Below, piece after piece: positions 1 to 32,016 of a stretch of DNA of 64,000 nt (the stretch's first letter is position 1; every line of letters starts with the position of its first letter). A program made the translations under genes and the position numbers. Source of the DNA: Amoebidium appalachense (lineage: Eukaryota; Protista; Ichthyosporea); assembly GCA_963693365.1 (NCBI GenBank), contig CAVNZM010000004.1:10258468-10322467 (forward strand), in the 5' to 3' direction. The notes under the pieces were generated by a model. The model worked only from the letters and a program-made list of their open reading frames with translations. It was not told the DNA's origin and did not search any database.

Positions 1-319
1 AAAACACATTTTTAGGAGGATGCTAATATCGAATGACTTTGGTCAACTATACATTATTGCTTTGAGCTCTTCTTAGAACCTACGAACTACGTAAACACCA
101 TCCCCCCCCCCCCCCCCCCCCCTCCTCCCCCCCCGCCCCTTCCCCCCCCGGCAACCGAAAATTTAATTACCCTTTTCCGACTAATTATTACCCCGCCGCT
201 CCCCCCCCCCCCCCCCCTCCCCCCCCCCCCCCCCCCCCCCCCACCCCACCCCACCTCCCCCCTTTTTTTTACCACACACACAAACACACATCCAACAATC
301 ACACACCTGTGTAACCCCC

Positions 320-365
<46 letters not shown>

Positions 366-384
366 ACCCACCCACACCCTACAG

Positions 385-795
385 CAATGGAACCTCCTCT
401 CAAACGGGAGCTGGAGTGACCCCCAGCCGGACAGCCGCAACTACACGGAAGACATAGCCGGCACATACAGTGCCCCACACATGCAGCCGGCAGGAGAAAA
501 CACCCTCGAAACCGTGGGGCCAGACGGCTCCATTCACATCCGCTCGTGCACAGGCCTACCCATTGCATTTGTCACGTTTTTCAGTGAGAAACGCGGGGAG
601 TTATTTTGGCATGTGGAGTATGGGGCACACGCAGTGGGGAGGAGGGAGTGTTTGGAGTGTGTGATTCCTGTGCAGAGTGTGTGGAATGCTTTCAGTGCCC
701 GGCATACGGGCATGGGGGAGCCACAGGTGGAACTGGGGAAGGTGTTGGTGAAGGTGGGGGACGTGGCGGGTAACTCGGTCGGTATTACCATCTAG
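385..795 (+). CDS. Terminal coding exon of an unidentified gene whose upstream exons lie before the window
   Basis: Acceptor ctacag| follows a poly-C intron. The non-repetitive frame QWNLLSNGSWSDPQ...VKVGDVAGNSVGITI runs to TAG at 793-795 and includes the 481..795 ORF. No family recognised. Confidence 0.55.
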   Translation, partial: QWNLLSNGSWSDPQPDSRNYTEDIAGTYSAPHMQPAGENTLETVGPDGSIHIRSCTGLPIAFVTFFSEKRGELFWHVEYGAHAVGRRECLECVIPVQSVWNAFSARHTGMGEPQVELGKVLVKVGDVAGNSVGITI

Positions 796-839
796 TATTA
801 GTCTGGTGTCCGTGTGTGTGTGGGGGTGAGGAGACGGGG

Positions 840-874
<35 letters not shown>

Positions 875-1475
875 CTAGTACTTGACAGGGGATGTTTGGT
901 TATGTATGTATATTAATATTATATTTAGTGTGCACACAGCTCGCGCGCACGCACATCACACAGGTCTGTATACTTAGTGCATTGGTTTTCATGTGTATAT
1001 GTAAATTACGCTCTACACGGCCTCATTACTATGTGGCCCCTGCCACCGTGACCGTCGGCTTTGCCCATGATTCTCTGTCATATCTGTATAAACTGAAAAA
1101 ACACCACGTATCATCAGTGGCAATACGTGCAATGTGTAGACTTGCATTTCGAATTCGTCCGAGGAATATTAATAATAAAGTAAAAGATTCTTAAATGACA
1201 CGCACAGGTGTCCTATTACCTATGTAGGCCTACAATTCAGGAGGCGTTTGATAATCGGATCCAGCTGAGCATCCATCATTTTCTTCTTACTCTTCTTTCA
1301 AGTATTTTTTGATTGTCGCTGTGCAAGGGTCTGTGTGTGTGTGTGTGTGTGTGTGCTACACAGTGTCTGTGTCTGCCTGTGTCTATGTCAGGACCGTGTG
1401 TGTGCACATGCGCCATACATTGAATGTGGGCCGAAGTAGGTGCGCACGTGATGGGGACCGGGAGGAAAAGGGGTC

Positions 1476-1509
<34 letters not shown>

Positions 1510-1549
1510 GAAGGCGGCCCACCACCGGCTTCCTGTGGCAAGGGGGTCT

Positions 1550-1590
<41 letters not shown>

Positions 1591-2044
1591 CCCTCCCCCC
1601 CCCCCCTCCCCCCCCCCCCCCCCCCCCCCCTCCCCCCCCCCCCCCCCCCCCCCCCCCGCCCCGGCCCCGACGATGGTTTTATGCGATTTATTTATATCCG
1701 TTTATCCTCGATCACTAGCAACTGCATGTACAGTGGCACACATCATTTCAATTCCGTGACATTGAAGTGCTGGCTAATTAGAACGAAAATACTTAAGTTG
1801 GTGGTGGTGATAGTGGTGACAATGTGGTGACGTGTGTGTTTGTGGGGTGGGTGGATGGGAAAGGTGGGGGTGGGAGAGAGAGATGTGTGAAAGGCCTAGG
1901 CACCGTCAGACCCCCGGGGAGGAGCTATATTATTCACATTAAGGGCCTTTTATTAGAAAGAGGGTGGGGGGTTACCACTCTGAAACATCACTATCGAGAC
2001 ACAAAACTATGCACTGCTTGAAGTAGGTGTTAAGTTGCTAGTAT

Positions 2045-4260
2045 ACCAGCAGAAGCACCACAGCATGGTATGCCTCAGAGAGCCCAGTTGCAGCATGAGC
2101 CATCCCCAAACAACCCTCGGTGTTGGCCCTTGTTGCGGTGCAGCTGGAGGCATTACAGACACTCAAAGCACAGAGCCATGGAGAGCCAGAGCAAATGAAC
2201 ACCACTTCGGGCACGGGTGGGGCTGGCACGCAGGGCACTGCCCTAAGGCCGTGTGCGTGTGCGCCATAACTGCATGCTGGGGTGGTGATGGGGCCATGAA
2301 ACGTTGTGCTGCAAACCTACCTGAAGTTTCTTGTCGGGACTGGCCAACATCACTTTCGTTCCATGTCATCGAGGCTCAATAGAAGATGCTTCAGCCAGAG
2401 TATCCTTGGCTTCACGAAGCTTCCTTGGTTAAGGTGCACACTCCAGGGCCTGCAATATCTGAAGGAGCTTGACGAGAAGCCTCCTTTAGCTTGGCTGAGA
2501 TCACTCTGGCAGCAGTCCTTGTGCGTGTAGGGCTGGATCGTGCAGTTGCCTGTGTCCCATAGCGGTTGCAGGAACCACTGTTTGTGGGGGTGTAGGTGTC
2601 AGCAACAGCATGCAGGGGCGACAAGACCATGGCCCAGCATCCCATGGACGCAACAGCAGACGGAATAGGCGTGCGTGCGTAACAGGGGCCCAGCAACGTG
2701 CGTGTTACGACGAGATACCATCAACCCATGATCAACGCAACAATTCCTGGTTTGATCCACCACCAGGGCGTGCGCAGGCAGTGGGGACACGAGTGGCCAT
2801 GCGAGCAGAAGTTTCCAACACCACATTGAATTTATCCAAGGGCTTTGGTTGGAAACTTACTGCCCCTTGCAACACCAAACCAACCCTCTCGATACCCAGC
2901 TGCTTTTCCTTCCCCCGACCCATGCAAGGAAATGCTAGCTGGAATGCATGGGTACGGTCCCCTCTGCAGCACTAAGCACACGGCACCAACCACAACGCAA
3001 CATGCCCACCACAGCCACGGGGCTGGCCGAGACACTCAAAGCGCCACCGAGCCATGAAGGGCCAGAGCAAAGGAACAACACAACGGGCACGGGGAAGGGT
3101 AGTCGCTGGGCACTGGACTAAGACCGTGTGAGTGTGCGCCATAAGGAGGTGTGGGTGGCCGTGATGGGGCCACGGGACGTTGTGCTGCAAACCAACCTGA
3201 CTCTCGCCCCCGGGGCCCCCGGGGCTGGCCACATGAGTTTCGTACGACGACTGGAGCTGTTTCCAGAGTATCGTGGTCCAAAATAGAAAGGAGTACTGTA
3301 CGGGGCAGAGAGCTCAGTCCTGCCTACAGCTAGCTCCGGCTGCTCAAGACACAAGCTGCTTGGACAGAAAGTAGCCACTTGTACGCATCACCCCTGCCAG
3401 GACTTGGAGCACCTGAGGGCATACGGGGTACAGCCTACGCCGTGCCAACACAGCCCTCGTGTTGGCACTCGTTGAAAGGCTGCAGGCAGCATTCCAAGGC
3501 ACAAGTGTGTGTAGGGCTGCGCCGTGGGGGTTGCCGGTATCCTTCCGTTGGAACCACCATCTGTAGGGGTGTAGGTGTCAGCAACAGCATGCGGGGCGAC
3601 CAAGACCATGGACCAGCAGCCCTAGGGATACACAGTCAGACGGACTGAAGTGTGTGCATGCCCAAGGGCCCAGCAACGTGTGAGTTCCGTAATCAAGCCA
3701 CCAGCGCAACAAAAACCATCAACGCAACAATGCCTGGTCTGCTCTATGACCAGGGGGTGTGCAGGGAGTGCAGATGGGGACACGAGTGGCCATGCAGACA
3801 GATAGACACGAGTGGCCATGCAGACAGATATCCAACAATCAGTGAGTGAATCCACTGATTTTTCAGCCAGCTTGCTACATTTCACTACACCAACATCAAC
3901 GCTAATGCTGCCCAGCTGCTTTTCCTTCCCCCGTCACAAGCAGCTGCTCTTCCTTCCCCCGACACAAGCAAGGAAGTGCTAGCTGGACTGCATGATCACT
4001 GGTCCCCTCTGCAGCACAAAGCACACGCACCAACCACAACGCAACATGCCCACCACAGCCACTGGGCTGGCCGAGACACTCAAAGCACCACCGAGCCATG
4101 AAGAGCCAGAGCTAAGGAACACCACAACAGGCACGGGTGGGGGTGGCAGCAGACCACTAGGCCGTGTGAAAGTGCGTCATAAGGGGGTGTGTGGGTACTG
4201 GTAGAGGGCAACCGGACGTGTGCGGCAAACCTACCTGACTCTTTGTAAAGTCCCGTCGAG
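2045..4260. repeat. Degenerate long tandem repeat, ~2.5 units of ~0.87-1.05 kb
   Basis: Block gacactcaaagc..gagccatg..gccagagc..ggcacggg recurs at ~2158, ~3031 and ~4074. Block gtgtaggtgtcagcaacagcatgc..aagaccatgg recurs at ~2590 and ~3569. Block cccagctgcttttccttccccc recurs at ~2895 and ~3911. Confidence 0.8.
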
Positions 4261-4283
4261 GCTAGGCACCTGCTGCAGCTGAT

Positions 4284-4498
4284 TAACCATCATCGCTGCC
4301 CCAGGCTGTAGCTGCTTGGCTAACCATCATCGCTGGCCCAGGCTGTAGCTGCTTGGCTAACCATCATCTTCGATGGCCCAGGCGGTAGCTGGTTGGTTCC
4401 CCATCATCATGGCTGGCCCAGGCTGTAGCTGCTTGGCTAACCATCATCGCTGGCCCAGGCTGTAGCTGCTTGGCTACCCATCCTCGCTGACCCAGGCT
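4284..4498. repeat. Minisatellite, 37-40 bp unit, ~6 copies
   Basis: Unit TAACCATCATCGCTGGCCCAGGCTGTAGCTGCTTGGC starts at 4284, 4321, 4358, 4398, 4438 and 4475, contiguous with no unique spacers. Confidence 0.92.
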
Positions 4499-6564
4499 CT
4501 GGCACCACATGCCGCCATGTTGATGCAGACCGACACCGTTGTCTTGTAGGACGTCATCATTGTTGTAGACGCCTACGCCTTGTTGTACCGTTGTAGTGTT
4601 GTAGCCACAATGTTGTGGTTTGTCGAGCTAGCGAAGCCGAGTGTTAGTCTGATGGCTGGGGGCCGCGTTATATACCCGAGGCCCTCCTCTGAACGAGAAG
4701 TAAACATGTCAAGAACATGCCCAACCATACGACCAGTGCTCAGATGATAAGATTCAGGAAAAAATATGGTGGTCTGAGACTCCAAATTCCAAAATCCTAT
4801 TTTTAGTGGTCTATGTTTAGTAGCTCTCGATATTCTCGGTCTGTCGTAAGCATCACTAGGCTAACCCCTCTCTCTCTCTAAACTCCAGAGCTCTCTCAGC
4901 TCCCTTCCTCCCTCCCTCCCTCCCTCCCTCCCTCCCTCCCTCCCTCCCTCCCCCCTCCCTCCCTCCCCCCTCCCTCCCTCTCTCCCTCTCTCCCTCCCTC
5001 CCTCCCTCTCTCGCTCCCTCCCCCCTCCCTCCCTCCCTCCCTCCCCCCCCCCCCTCTCTCTCCCCCCCCCCCCCCCACCACCTCTCTCTCTCTCTCTCTC
5101 TGTGTGTGTGAGTGTGTGTCTTCAGATTCCGGGCAGTAAAGTTGTCGTGCATGTGATGGTGAAGGTGCACTACTATGTAGCAGTAGATGACTGTTTCCAA
5201 ACAATGCCCTAGAACAGTTTAGAGAGGGTGACTCAAACCTAGCCATATTGAGTTGTCGCAACGACCACACTCAGCGCATGTTGAACGTTCCGTATGGCCG
5301 TTGGTGTTTGCTTTGATGATGAGGGTCATTCTCTGCCCAACCCTGATTGGTATACTTGCTGACAATAAAGCATAACAGACACCCAGACACTAGCACCGGC
5401 ACACATACCTTTGCAACTAAAGTTGAGCCTCAGGCCGTCGGGGAGGCCTGGGGTGGGGGGGGGGGGGGGGGGGGGGGGGGGGAAGGGGATAAACGAGCTG
5501 ATCAATAAGGGTAGGTTTGAGTTCTGTGGCGAACTTCGGGGAATGCCTGAATTGAATCGGTAGTAAGCTATATGCAAGGAAGTAGTCACGAGTTGATGGA
5601 GAAAAGAGGGTTGTGAGTAGAGGGTATATATATAAGGGAAAGGTGAAGGCCGTGTCCCTCCCTCCCCCCCCCCCCCCCCCCCAAGGCCCAAAAGGTCTCC
5701 TCATCTCCACATGAGATAAGTAGGCCTCCCCCTCCCCTTCCCCCCTCCCCCCGCCCGCCTCTCGCACTTGCTTCACAAAGCAAGCACAGCCTACTTGGTT
5801 GTTCACGGCATTAGGCACCTCCTTTCGGGTAATGGCTGGAGGGATATGCCAAACAATAGCCGCAGCTACGCCGAAGGTAGAGATAGTCAGCACATAATCT
5901 GGCCCATTCCTGCAACCGAAGAATTTGCAACTCAAACCTTCCTTGCGCGTGCAAGAATTCCCAGTGTGTTCTTTTTTCCTTTCCACGGTGCATGAGGCCC
6001 GTAAACTGCACGCAGGCCTACGTTCCTTTTAAGTGTGACCTTGCTCGCCCCTTCGTAACACCTGCAGCTCTGTTCTGCACCACCTGTATGCCGCATGAGG
6101 GATGGCCCCACGAGAGCGCTGCCCGTGCACTGTCCGGCTGCAGAGTCGAGTGGCAAATCCTGTGCTTGCCAGGGACTCACCAAGCAGCTGCTGAGGGAGC
6201 CCGAGCTCTTCAAGTATTTTTAAAACACAACCTTTGCTCAAGCTTGGTAGGTCTCGTCAACCAAGGTGATCTTTTATTCTATCACGCATGTGTATTAAGG
6301 TGCACGCGACTCTACCTGTGAAACATGCTCTTTGATTGTGCACTTTCTTGCAAATGTGCATACAATAGACGTATGGTGTTTTGCATTGAATTCGGAAAGC
6401 CTTGAAAGGAGGTTCCAACGGTTCCGAGCTTCATGAGCTAAGCTACGTACACAAGGCTGGCAGAGGACATGGTGTCTGGTTAGTCATCGGATAATTTCAG
6501 AAGTTCCCGGCGTGCTTTGAGGGTAATGGTATACGTAGGAGACGGGGCTGGAGGTGGGGAGAAG

Positions 6565-6603
<39 letters not shown>

Positions 6604-7958
6604 GGGGTGGAGGGGGAGGGGAATGGAACGTCCACAACTTAAGACGTCCACACAGACATACACGCGTACTCACACACGCCAACATCATACAGCACACTGC
6701 AGGTCTTGCAGGCCGCCCTCAATATAAGGCTCGTTTTGGGGCTCGATTATAGATTTTAAGCTGTGAAGGCTCAGTTGGAAATAGTACTGTATCATGCCAG
6801 CTGGAAATAATATTGTATTCAGTACTTATCACTGTGATGTATCCCTCTCTAGCTTGAAAGTTGTGACTCCCTCTCAAGGCCCTAGAGGCCTTCTGCTCAA
6901 GGCCTCCTACTCTGTCAGATCTAGAGTAGGAGGACTCAGTGGCCGCCTTGCTCCTGAGGCCTCCTACTCTGACACTCCTCTTCCTTGCTCCTGCTGCAGA
7001 GGTCTGGCTTTTCTGAGGTGCGCGCCAAAACTAATTTACCTAAAAAAGGCAAGTGCGTTCGAAACTATGCGGCAGGAACGTAACAGGGTAACAATTCTAT
7101 GTATGTGAAATAACCTAAAAATACGACATAATTCTGGTTTGTCCCCCTTTCCGCACGAATATAGGCCCCATCAATGGTGTTTCGGAAAATGAATCCTGCA
7201 GAAGTTAGGTCATTTCCTACCCTAAACAAAACAGAGGCAAAGCCATCCCTGCAGCGCAAGGCCTTTCTTTCAGAGCGCTGCAGCTGTTAACGTTTGCTTC
7301 ATGTTTCCGAGTAGTTGATGGGTTCAATAAATGTACAGATATCTGTGTGTAGCTAAGGTTTAAAGTATACCTACATACACCTAGCAATGCATGTGGCTAT
7401 TGAGAGTGCCACCACAATTCCCACTCCGTAAGTCAGAGTGACACAACAATACTGTGATACTATAGCAGGAGGCTGAATCTGTAAGGGAGAGAAGGGTACC
7501 CACTAAGCCCCACAACTGCATGGTCTGTCATACTCTTTCTTTTTAATAGTCGAATTGCAGATTTTGTAATAAACCACCTTATTTTAAAAAAATTCATTAG
7601 AAAGTTGAAGCAGGCATCTTCTACGCAAGAACATTCAATCACAGAACACAGGCGATGAAGATCTTATTCACATTCCCCTAACCCAACCGTAATAGCTGCC
7701 CACCTACATTTCCAGCCGGGAAAGTTATCAAAGCTGGTGTTGATGGCGGGCCGTGAAGAAAATGGATAAAATACTCGGCAGTTTCTTCCGCCCACAGGTA
7801 CTTCCTTTGCCCCTCCCGTAAACTTTCGTCCGCTCGCCAGCCAACCAAGCAGATCTTGTGGCCATGTGCCAACTCACCCTTCGTAGGCCTCTCTACTGTA
7901 ACAAGAAAGCTCTCACGCCTCTTGAGTCCCCACCGATCTTTCCTTTCCATGTCCTTCC

Positions 7959-7994
<36 letters not shown>

Positions 7995-8876
7995 CTCCCT
8001 GTCCCCCTGCACACCCATTCAACAACTTCCTCGCTCCTCCCCTAATCTACCTGTTCCATCACGTGTCTATGGGGAATGAAATGCAGGCACACTTCATAAT
8101 TCAGGTCTCTTGTTAGGCATTTTCTCATGTGTGCTAAACATGGTGACAACCTTCCTAACTCACACTGGAACCAGTTATAGCTACTAGATTTGCACATGGG
8201 CTGACCATACATCTAGAGGTACTAACAAGGGCACTGCTGTTTTCTAGGAGGGGGAGGAAGCTGCAGGCACGGAATCTAGCAAGGTATCCTTCTTTCCAAA
8301 AAAAAAAAATGGGGGAGGAGGGGGGTTGGCCGACGCCCGGAGGGGGGGAGGGGGGGGGAGGGGGGGGGGGAGTGAGAAAGAACTAGGCAGGGTGTGTATC
8401 AATCACACACATCGTAGCACGCCACAGACTGCCTCGAAAGTGACGCTAGAGTTCTACAGACCTTCAACTACACCCCCCCCCCCATCCCCATCCCCGCCCC
8501 CCCTCCACCCTCCATGCACCCCTTGTCAACCACGTTCCTCGAATCTTGTTGGGCTCTGTTTCTCTTTCTCACGCTTGCTCAGCAGTTACAATACACCTGC
8601 CAGGCCTTTTGTTTCCGTACTCCTGTCCCCCCTCTCTTCCTTTTCATTCAGCCAATTTCCTTCCCATCTTGAATGCCTTCTGGTTTGCCTCGCCCCAGTA
8701 TATGGCACAATCCCTCAACCACATCTAACTCCGCCAGCACCCCCCCCCTCCCCCCACATACACACCACCACCACCCTCTCAACCCAAAAAGAAAGAAAGA
8801 AACGGAGAACGAAAGAAAAACAAACAAAGAAAGAAAGATCTGCGGCACGCGCGCGCCCTCGGGCGCGTGCGCGCGC

Positions 8877-8954
<78 letters not shown>

Positions 8955-9147
8955 GTTTCTCCCCCCTCACACACTCAGACATTTTCTCCTCTTTCTCTCT
9001 CTCTCACTTTCTCTCTCTCTCCTTCCCCTCTTCCCTCCCTCGTCTCTCTGTCACACATACACACACACACACCCATTCTATCCCCCCCCCCCTCCCCCCC
9101 CCCCTCCCCCCCCCTCTCTCTATCTCTCTTCCCCCCCCCTCCCCTCC

Positions 9148-9746
9148 TAACTCGGACTATCGGTTTGGTTTTTTTCAAGCCCAAAGCAATGGGTGATACC
9201 ATATTTCCGGCTGACATCCAGGGGCATAGCTTTCCGTTCGAAGACGTTAAAGTTCCGCCCTAGTAAGCGTGTTACTACCCTGCGGCGTGGGTCAAATCTC
9301 ATATTTTCCCCTCTGATTGCGAATTCTGCGGCCTTCGGGACTTAATTCTTTTCAGCTGGTGTAGTATGTTAGCCAGGGAAGTATCGACTTAGGTAGCGAC
9401 GGGGGAGCTTCCCAGAAGCCCGTCTCCTGAGTTCCTATCTATATTTTTCTTGCTTCTGCCTACTGCTGCAACTTTAACCCCCGGCCTTTCCCACTGCCCT
9501 TGCCTGCATAAGCAACCCTGCTCGTCTCTGATCATAGACGGGTGACCTACCCATGTTTAAGTGAAACAGTATCTGAGTTGGGTTTCGTTAACGAGGTGAA
9601 TAGGTCGAAACTCGGGTACTGTGGATGACGTGGGCCCCCCCTGAGGATGGGCTCTGCTTATTATGCATACTCTTTATGTATGGCTTGCATTCTGCATCGT
9701 GTTATCCGTTTGTTCTTATGTACTTCGTACTTTATGACGCATTCAA
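9148..9746 (+). mobile_element. ~600-bp dispersed repeat (family A, copy 1); probable pLTR/3' end or non-autonomous copy of a Penelope-like element
   Basis: Near-identical to the reverse complement of 58599-59197, from taactcggactatcgg to gtacttcgtac...cgcattcaa. Both ends abut C-rich tracts. No TIR, poly-A tail or clear TSD. Confidence 0.85.
9506..9667 (+). ncRNA. Structured RNA motif, putative rearranged (pseudoknotted) hammerhead-like ribozyme, copy A1
   Basis: Outer stem ATAAGCA/TGCTTAT and hairpin GCTCGTCT/AGACGGGT. 13-bp stem ACAGTATCTGAGT/ACTCGGGTACTGT. GTT at 9577-9579, GAAA at 9607-9610, CTGAGGA at 9641-9647. Pairings covary with the 57.1-kb copy. Confidence 0.6.
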
Positions 9747-10816
9747 ACCCACTCCCCCACTCCTCTTCTTTCTCTATCCTCCCTCCCTCCCTCACTCTCA
9801 CTCACTCACTCTCTCTCTCTCCCCCTATCCCCCTCTTTCTCTCTCTCCACCCCTCCCCCCCCCCCTCCCCCCCCCTTCTCCCCGCCCATCCCTCTCTATC
9901 CCCCCTCCCCCTCCTCCTCTTCCCCCCCCCCCCCCCCCCCAAAAAAAAAAAAAAAAAAAAAAAATCTACCACCTACCCACCTACCCAACCCTACACTCTT
10001 CTCCATCTAACTACTGGCGTCCGGCTTTTTCAAAGGCTCCCACGTCCAAACTTCCTCATGAGTGTTGGGTTGCACACAGTTTGTATCATCGTGTTGCAGT
10101 ATGTCTCTAAGCATTTTAACTTATTGAAATAATCCTGCCCCCTCCCCCCCCCCCCCCCCCCCTCCCCCCCTTCCCCCCCACCCAGCGGCATCACTTCAAG
10201 GCCACATGTCTCGTTGTTGTTTTTTTTTCTTCGCCCACGATTGACATACAGTCGCACAATCTTCAAACTCTTGCTTGGGGGTGTCTTGGGTCTTCGCGAC
10301 CTTGGATATGCGACTCGTCTGTGATAAACCACTGTTTCTCTTTAACTCCCTCCATCTGGTTATTCCCCCCCCTATCCCCCCCCCCCCCCAAAAAAAAAAC
10401 AAAAAACAAAAAAAAACAAAAAAAAACTCTCTCTCTGTCCTTCCTTCCTCCCCCCCCCCCCCCCCCCCCCTCTCTGTCCTTCCTCCCTCCCTCCCTCCCC
10501 CCTCCTCCGTCCCTCCCTCCGCTCCCCCCTCCCCCCCCCCCCCCCCCATCCCCCCCTCCATCCCTCCCTCACACTGTCCCCCCTCTCCCCCCCCGGCGGT
10601 GCTGCTGTGCTGCCGTCCTCCTTGCTCCCATACAGGCAAACACACACACGTCCTTAACACCCGCCCCTGTCCCCCCCCCCCCCCCCCAAAAAAAAAAAAA
10701 AAAAAAAAAACCTGCACACGTACATACACACCCAGATGTTCACACTCCCAACAAAACACAGAAATACACACACTCAGACTACACAAAGACATACACACAC
10801 ACACAAACACAAACGT

Positions 10817-10945
<129 letters not shown>

Positions 10946-10954
10946 ACCCAACAG

Positions 10955-30162
<19,208 letters not shown>

Positions 30163-30795
30163 GCCCTCTGCTAAAAATGGAAACCATCATAGAGTATTGT
30201 GCCAAATTTATCTGGATGAGCAATAAGTAATGTAATGTGAACGGGTTTTGTCGATGGTAAATGATGACAAACAAATTTGGATGCTTGAATGAAGTGTTTA
30301 TTTTTCTTTTGCTTCCTCTTTCTTTCTGTGGCCCCTGCCGTAGGGTAATAGAGGCGTGTCTCCTAGTCATGAGGATTTCTTTTTTGCTGTGGATGTTTTA
30401 TGGTGCACGACACCTCCTCGTTAGTTTTTGAATCGCATGGTTCTCTTCTTCCGATTAACTGTTGTTTGGTTTGATGCAAACGGTTGCGTAATGAACCATT
30501 GAGATTTATTAGCCAACAGGTGCAACCAAGACGCATATGCACGAATGTCGGGTGTGCCATACGGTAATTCTGGTAGCATGTTACTTGGCCTATATTATGA
30601 ATGAATGTATAAAGTACGACTCAGTAAAGTTGAATGGAGTCGTCAACTTGTAAATCCCCTCCCTCCACATATTTCGTGCATAGATAACACCGCGTATCCA
30701 GAGATGTACTTTTGTGCCCGTGCATGAAAGTGGCCTACCTAAGCACGAACACACGAATGCACAGAGGCACAGTTTGAACGTGCATTTGTCTAAGG

Positions 30796-30834
<39 letters not shown>

Positions 30835-31859
30835 AAGACATCACACGGTCCCACCAGGACGCACATGCACATGGGAAGGTTAACCAATACACGTGTGGCA
30901 CGGCCTGTGTATGTTTGCGCATCACGGTGTGTGTGTGGGGAGGGGAGGTTCGATACAGTACACATTGTGAGAACTTCTCGGGTGGATGATGGGGAGGAAG
31001 GGACGGGGAGGGGAGGGGGAAGGTGTCATCTACCCATGGTTAACGGCAAGACTTAGAAGTTGAGTTTTACATTTGTTTATTAGTTTGTTGTTGTTCGTTT
31101 CCTTTTCCCTTTTCCTTTCTTCCTTTCTTTCTTTCCTTTCCGTTTCCGTGTGCACAGATATCTTAGATCTGTGTACACATCGAGCCATTTGGCCCGCGCA
31201 CATGTAATGTTGTTTGCGTTAATGTCTAAATAAGTCATCCAATCAGATTTCGTTATATTTTCCCAAATATAGTAGCCTACATTCCTCCTTCATTCTACTC
31301 GATTCCTTTCCCATTCCATTCCGTTCTATCCTCATTCCTTTTCCTTCTTTTCCCACGACCCCAGCTATTAGGAAAACTTTTATTTAGACGTGTTATGTTA
31401 AAAACATGTATAAATATATGATGTGAACTAATAGATACATAAGTGGTTTCATTTTGTTAAATGTTTCCGTACTTTCATTAGAAGATTACTTTCATTCGAA
31501 GATTGCGTTTTATCTTCTATGTGTCGACAGGCATTTCGATCGATTTATTTTACCCTCATAGTTTTCGTCTTTCTGATTGGATAAAAGAGTTTTCGTTCTT
31601 TTAATTGGCTTATCGATTTCACATTCCCCAGTATAAAACGAACTTCATCTTGAAATAAACATCAAACAGTTGAAAACATATTTCATATGGTCCCAGAAAT
31701 CGTTCCACCTCTCCGGTTGTGTTTCTCCCGTGTGTCTGTGTGTTGTGTATATCATAACACCCATCTTTGCTCTCTGCTTCTCCGTTAAACCCACACAAAA
31801 TAACAGAAGGGGGAAGGCGGGGTGGGGGATAGGGGGGGGTGGGGGGTGGGGGGAGTTCT

Positions 31860-31984
31860 GAGCATATGTCGTTCATGAATTTCACTGCATTTATTTCATC
31901 TTGTGCGCTCTTCCAGAGCGCTCTACCAGATTCAATACCATTTTTCTTAACCACCTCCATAAGGCAGAAAGGGGGAAAGACGAG

Positions 31985-32016
<32 letters not shown>

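Noticed and set aside
4284-4498. 37-bp repeats as a CRISPR array
   Set aside because: Units are contiguous with no unique spacers, no cas genes are present, and the context is eukaryotic.
7020-7030. E2F-like site GCGCGCCAAAA (similar word at ~43881)
   Set aside because: Short motif with no identifiable downstream gene start; expected by chance.
5326-8116. Exon-like non-repetitive stretches (5.3-6.3 kb, 7.7-7.9 kb) and a hairpin cctcctactct/agagtaggagg at ~6903-6933
   Set aside because: No recognisable protein motif or consistent spliced frame; the hairpin is single-copy.
9310-9335. GCGAATTCTGCG resembling the 3' end of the CPEB3/HDV-like ribozyme
   Set aside because: I could not build P1/P2/P3/P1.1 with the upstream sequence.
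9558-9628. GTGA...GGAT stem as a SECIS element serving a selenoprotein RT (as in some Naiads)
   Set aside because: No apical AAR at the right distance and copy B has TTGA. The RT's VCK cysteine is TGC and its internal stop is TAA, not TGA. A plain k-turn fits better.
31148-31178. Hairpin GTGTGCACAGAT/ATCTGTGTACAC in an AT-rich intergenic region
   Set aside because: Isolated, with no TSD, second copy or element boundary.
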